From Selaginella moellendorffii (Eukaryota; Plantae; Lycopodiophyta), in contig NW_003314327.1 of the NCBI RefSeq assembly GCF_000143415.4, positions 919,403-983,402 of the forward strand: a stretch of DNA of 64,000 nt. The letters run 5' to 3'. The translations under genes and the position numbers were made by a program. Below the pieces are notes generated by a model, which saw only the letters and a program-made list of their open reading frames with translations, was not told the origin of the DNA and searched no databases. This document shows, one piece after another, positions 61,215 through 64,000 of this stretch (position 1 is the stretch's first letter; every line of letters begins with the position of its first letter).

Positions 61215-64000
61215 CTACTTGTTGGCCTCTGCAGCTTGAAAGAGCCGACCCAATGCAAAACTTTTCGAACTTTTTGTCTTTCTACAGCTGATGTTTGTGG
61301 TTGATCCCGCTCGTACCCTCTCCATGATCATCTGCTTTCCGGAGTGATCTTCATCGTACGCAACAATCTAGAGAGATGAAAAAGGTCAACCGAGAAGTAC
61401 CAGAAGCACAGAAGAAAGTACCTGTGACTCAATCTGAAACTCCTCATGCCCACTGTCGCCACCATTACTTAATGCATTTGAATCGCCTTCATGCTCAAGG
61501 ACCCTGCTAAAAAATATGACTACAGCCACCAGGACGACGCCACCAAGCTTACCTTCCCGCCTTTGCGTTCTCAGACGGAAGGCTTCCTTTATCCCTGACA
61601 GCAGCTTCAGAAAGGAGCTGACAACCGTCAAGGTTTGCAGCGCATAAACATTTCAAACAAAAGGATACGTCGTACTCGTTCTCCTCTTCTCCTGATAGAT
61701 TTCCTTCCCATTTAGCCTGAGAACACGCGGAATGAAATTGCGCGGAACAGTTTAATGACATGAAATCTACCTTGCCTGTTTGAGCCAAAAGATTTTCAAT
61801 GGCAGCCGCGACATCTGGTTGAGACGGCATACTGTCCTCAATCTCGACCCCCAACTGAGATAAGTCTTTGGCGTGGCCACCAAGTGTAGCCTGTGTGTGT
61901 TTTGCTATGTCTGGACGATTACTTTCCGCACCAGTCGTTGACCAGCTAGCGGTCAGCACTTCCCAGGCGTCAAAACCACCTTCATCACACGCAGCTGGCC
62001 GTTTACAAGTATCAGAGCTCCTGCTGTTAGATGACTTCCTCTTCCCTGGCGTGAGACAAAAAGGTCAATTTGGTTTTTCTAATGTAAAGCTCTACCTGAG
62101 CAAATTCCTTCGGAGCGACTTTTCTGTGTCACCACTTCTATGCAAGAGCGACCTGAAGGAGGAGCTTGCACTGAGTAGTCTTCAAGAGAAACCACTGCGT
62201 TCTGTAGCAGAGGTTAGTAAGCATTACAGTTTACTCACGTGCAAATACCTGGCCAACACAAGCGTAAAGCCACTCGATTGTGACAGCCGGAATACCAAGT
62301 AGAACTGCAGCTTGAAATTTGTCTCCATCCCCCGCTTTACACAAAAGATGCGTTACCTTCTTCGTCAAGGTGTTGTTGAATTTTGCGCCCAGAAGACCGC
62401 AAAGGTGACGGCATAATGTCCGATCTTTATCATCGTATTGAGAAATGCATAGTCTGAAGCTCTCAAAACCAGGTAGCGGTATTCTGCAGGGTAAGGGACG
62501 GTACAAAACGTGGCCCTTAGTGTCAAGCAGCTTCCCCTCCTAAACTATAACCATTGGTACAAAATAAATCACAGAAAACAACTCTCACCAGAAGACACTG
62601 TTGTAGCCAATGTATGGACACGATGGAGACGTTGAGCTTTGGTGATGGAGAACCGTGGAAACCGATCAAGTAATCAGCTTTGCTGCATGCATCTTCAAAA
62701 GCCCCTCCAGCCGCTTTAATACCTTCAACAATTTCCTTTTTGATCACCTGTTTGGAAGAACAATGTCGGGCCTCATAAGAAGAAAAGATCAATACCTCGT
62801 AACAACTGGTCTTTTCTAAGAATGCGAAAGTGACACCGGAAAATACGCCTTTCTCCTTCTGTTCCTTCATATCAGAATTTGCAGCAGAAACAGTTTCTAG
62901 GACGACTGCAGTTGCGGGAGATATGTCGAGGGACTGCACACGGTGAGGTTTCTGAGGAAGCACATCGGAACTAAGGCTCCCTGCCGAAAGCAAAAAAGGT
63001 TATGAGATGCAGAGAAAGGTTTAGTACCTGGCAGCATTTGAGATGGAACGTGTGTATTAGCAACACCAATTTCTTGCCGAGTTTGTGCACACTCCTCAAG
63101 CCAGGCTGAGGTGACAACTTGTATTGCACCTCCTGCAGTAGCCCGTTGAACGCTCTTAACCTCACTGGTTTCACAAATAGGATGTAAAACATAATAGAGA
63201 GAGGAAAAAAAAAGGGAGGCTTACCTGTCGGATACACTTCCCAGAACAATATGAGTAACTGTCTTATTCAGCTCTATGTACCTTGTGGCTCCACCATCCA
63301 AAACAATATCTACAAGACGCTTCATGTCATCCGGCTGAAAGCCTACTATGTAGAAGCGACAGTTTGCAAGGTACGAATCAGCTTCTGTCCGGCCGCTTCC
63401 TTGCAGAGGCTGGACAACCTGTAAACCACCTGAATGACACTGATTGGCCACAACCTGATAACTGATGCTTTCCGGCATGTCATCGACCACGCTAGTGTCA
63501 TTTCTCGCTTGCACTGTAACTGGGAACAAGTCCTCGTCGAGACAAACTGCTTACGGAAATGCTGTTAGCGCATCATCCTTTTGTCATCATCAATACCTTG
63601 TGAGGCTAAACTCTGCCATAGCCAATCCTGGTTAACAACCTTGATCGTCCCCCACGTTTTTGAAGCCAAAAACTTTTCCCCGTCGGGCGAGTGTTTCATG
63701 TCAAGGAGTTTTCTTTGATGAACGATAAAAACCAGCAATGGATATGGTAGCTATGAGATGTGTGCATTCCTTGGTCAGGTTAGGGGAGTAGGATGCCCCG
63801 TTCTGGTTTGCAGCTTCAGCTATCCGCACCCGCACGTCTATCACAACGGTCGCAATAACTCAAATTAGCCATGTACAATAGATAGCAGCAACACGTACCA
63901 ACGGGTACCTGTGTCGCACAAATGTTGAGACCAGACAGGGGAGAGAGCTTGTGAGGTCGATGAGGGACAAGCTGGTGTTCCCGAGAGCACAGTTCCAGCC
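61215..64000 (-). CDS. TOPBP1: TopBP1/MEI1 multi-BRCT DNA replication/checkpoint protein, 3' part; continues beyond the window
   Basis: BRCT repeats (LTKECTHLIA|SPDGEKF...VNQDWL; VTHIVLG; KKVTHLLCK...TIEWL); C-terminus ESQ|IVAYDEDHSGKQMIMERVR like plant MEI1. Stop at 61215. Confidence 0.9.
61618..61668 (-). other. U12-type GT-AG intron, 51 nt
   Basis: 5' splice site GTATCCTTTT; branch site CCTTGAC ending 9 nt before the 3' end (...GGTTGTCAG). Confidence 0.85.
63691..63745 (-). other. U12-type AT-AC intron, 55 nt
   Basis: 5' splice site ATATCCATT, branch site TCCTTGAC, 3' end ...ATGAAACAC. Removal restores the BRCT reading frame CTHLIAT|SPDGEKF. Confidence 0.92.

Noticed and set aside
1-64000. 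Transposons, CRISPR arrays, rRNA genes or a horizontally acquired prokaryotic block
   Set aside because: No transposase/RT motifs, terminal repeats or repeat-spacer arrays were seen; nearly all sequence is explained by host genes.

Overview
This is eukaryotic nuclear DNA from a very compact land-plant genome: about 20 protein-coding loci, introns mostly 45-100 nt, and intergenic gaps often under 150 bp. The short introns, an axonemal inner-arm dynein (flagellated sperm) and a truncated PLS-E PPR gene point to a lycophyte such as Selaginella (inference). Genes in order: CLPTM1-like (partial), PI4-kinase alpha, an MPSGxKKR...CCG family protein, a degenerate MADS-box ORF, a LisH/CTLH/CRA protein, SF3B3, SYP7 syntaxin, KAS I, a PHD/PZP chromatin protein, spatacsin (SPG11), a PPR protein with an N-terminal FG(R/K)HKG domain, an orphan ORF, NAD-IDH regulatory subunit, plastid pyruvate kinase, H2A.Z, a TRM/LONGIFOLIA protein, an axonemal dynein heavy chain, a NudC-domain protein, a divergent LAZY/IGT-like gene and TopBP1/MEI1 (partial). 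I saw no transposons, tRNA/rRNA genes or CRISPR arrays. Most notable: (1) the chimeric PPR gene, starting 8 nt after an orphan ORF's stop; (2) a five-exon LAZY-like gene not resolved by the ORF track, with degenerate IGT and CCL motifs; (3) two ultrashort U12 introns (55-nt AT-AC and 51-nt GT-AG) in TopBP1; (4) a dynein with an apparent DNAH6-type tail on a DNAH3/7-type motor; (5) a MADS micro-ORF lacking its DNA-contact residues. All family calls come from recalled motifs, not database searches.
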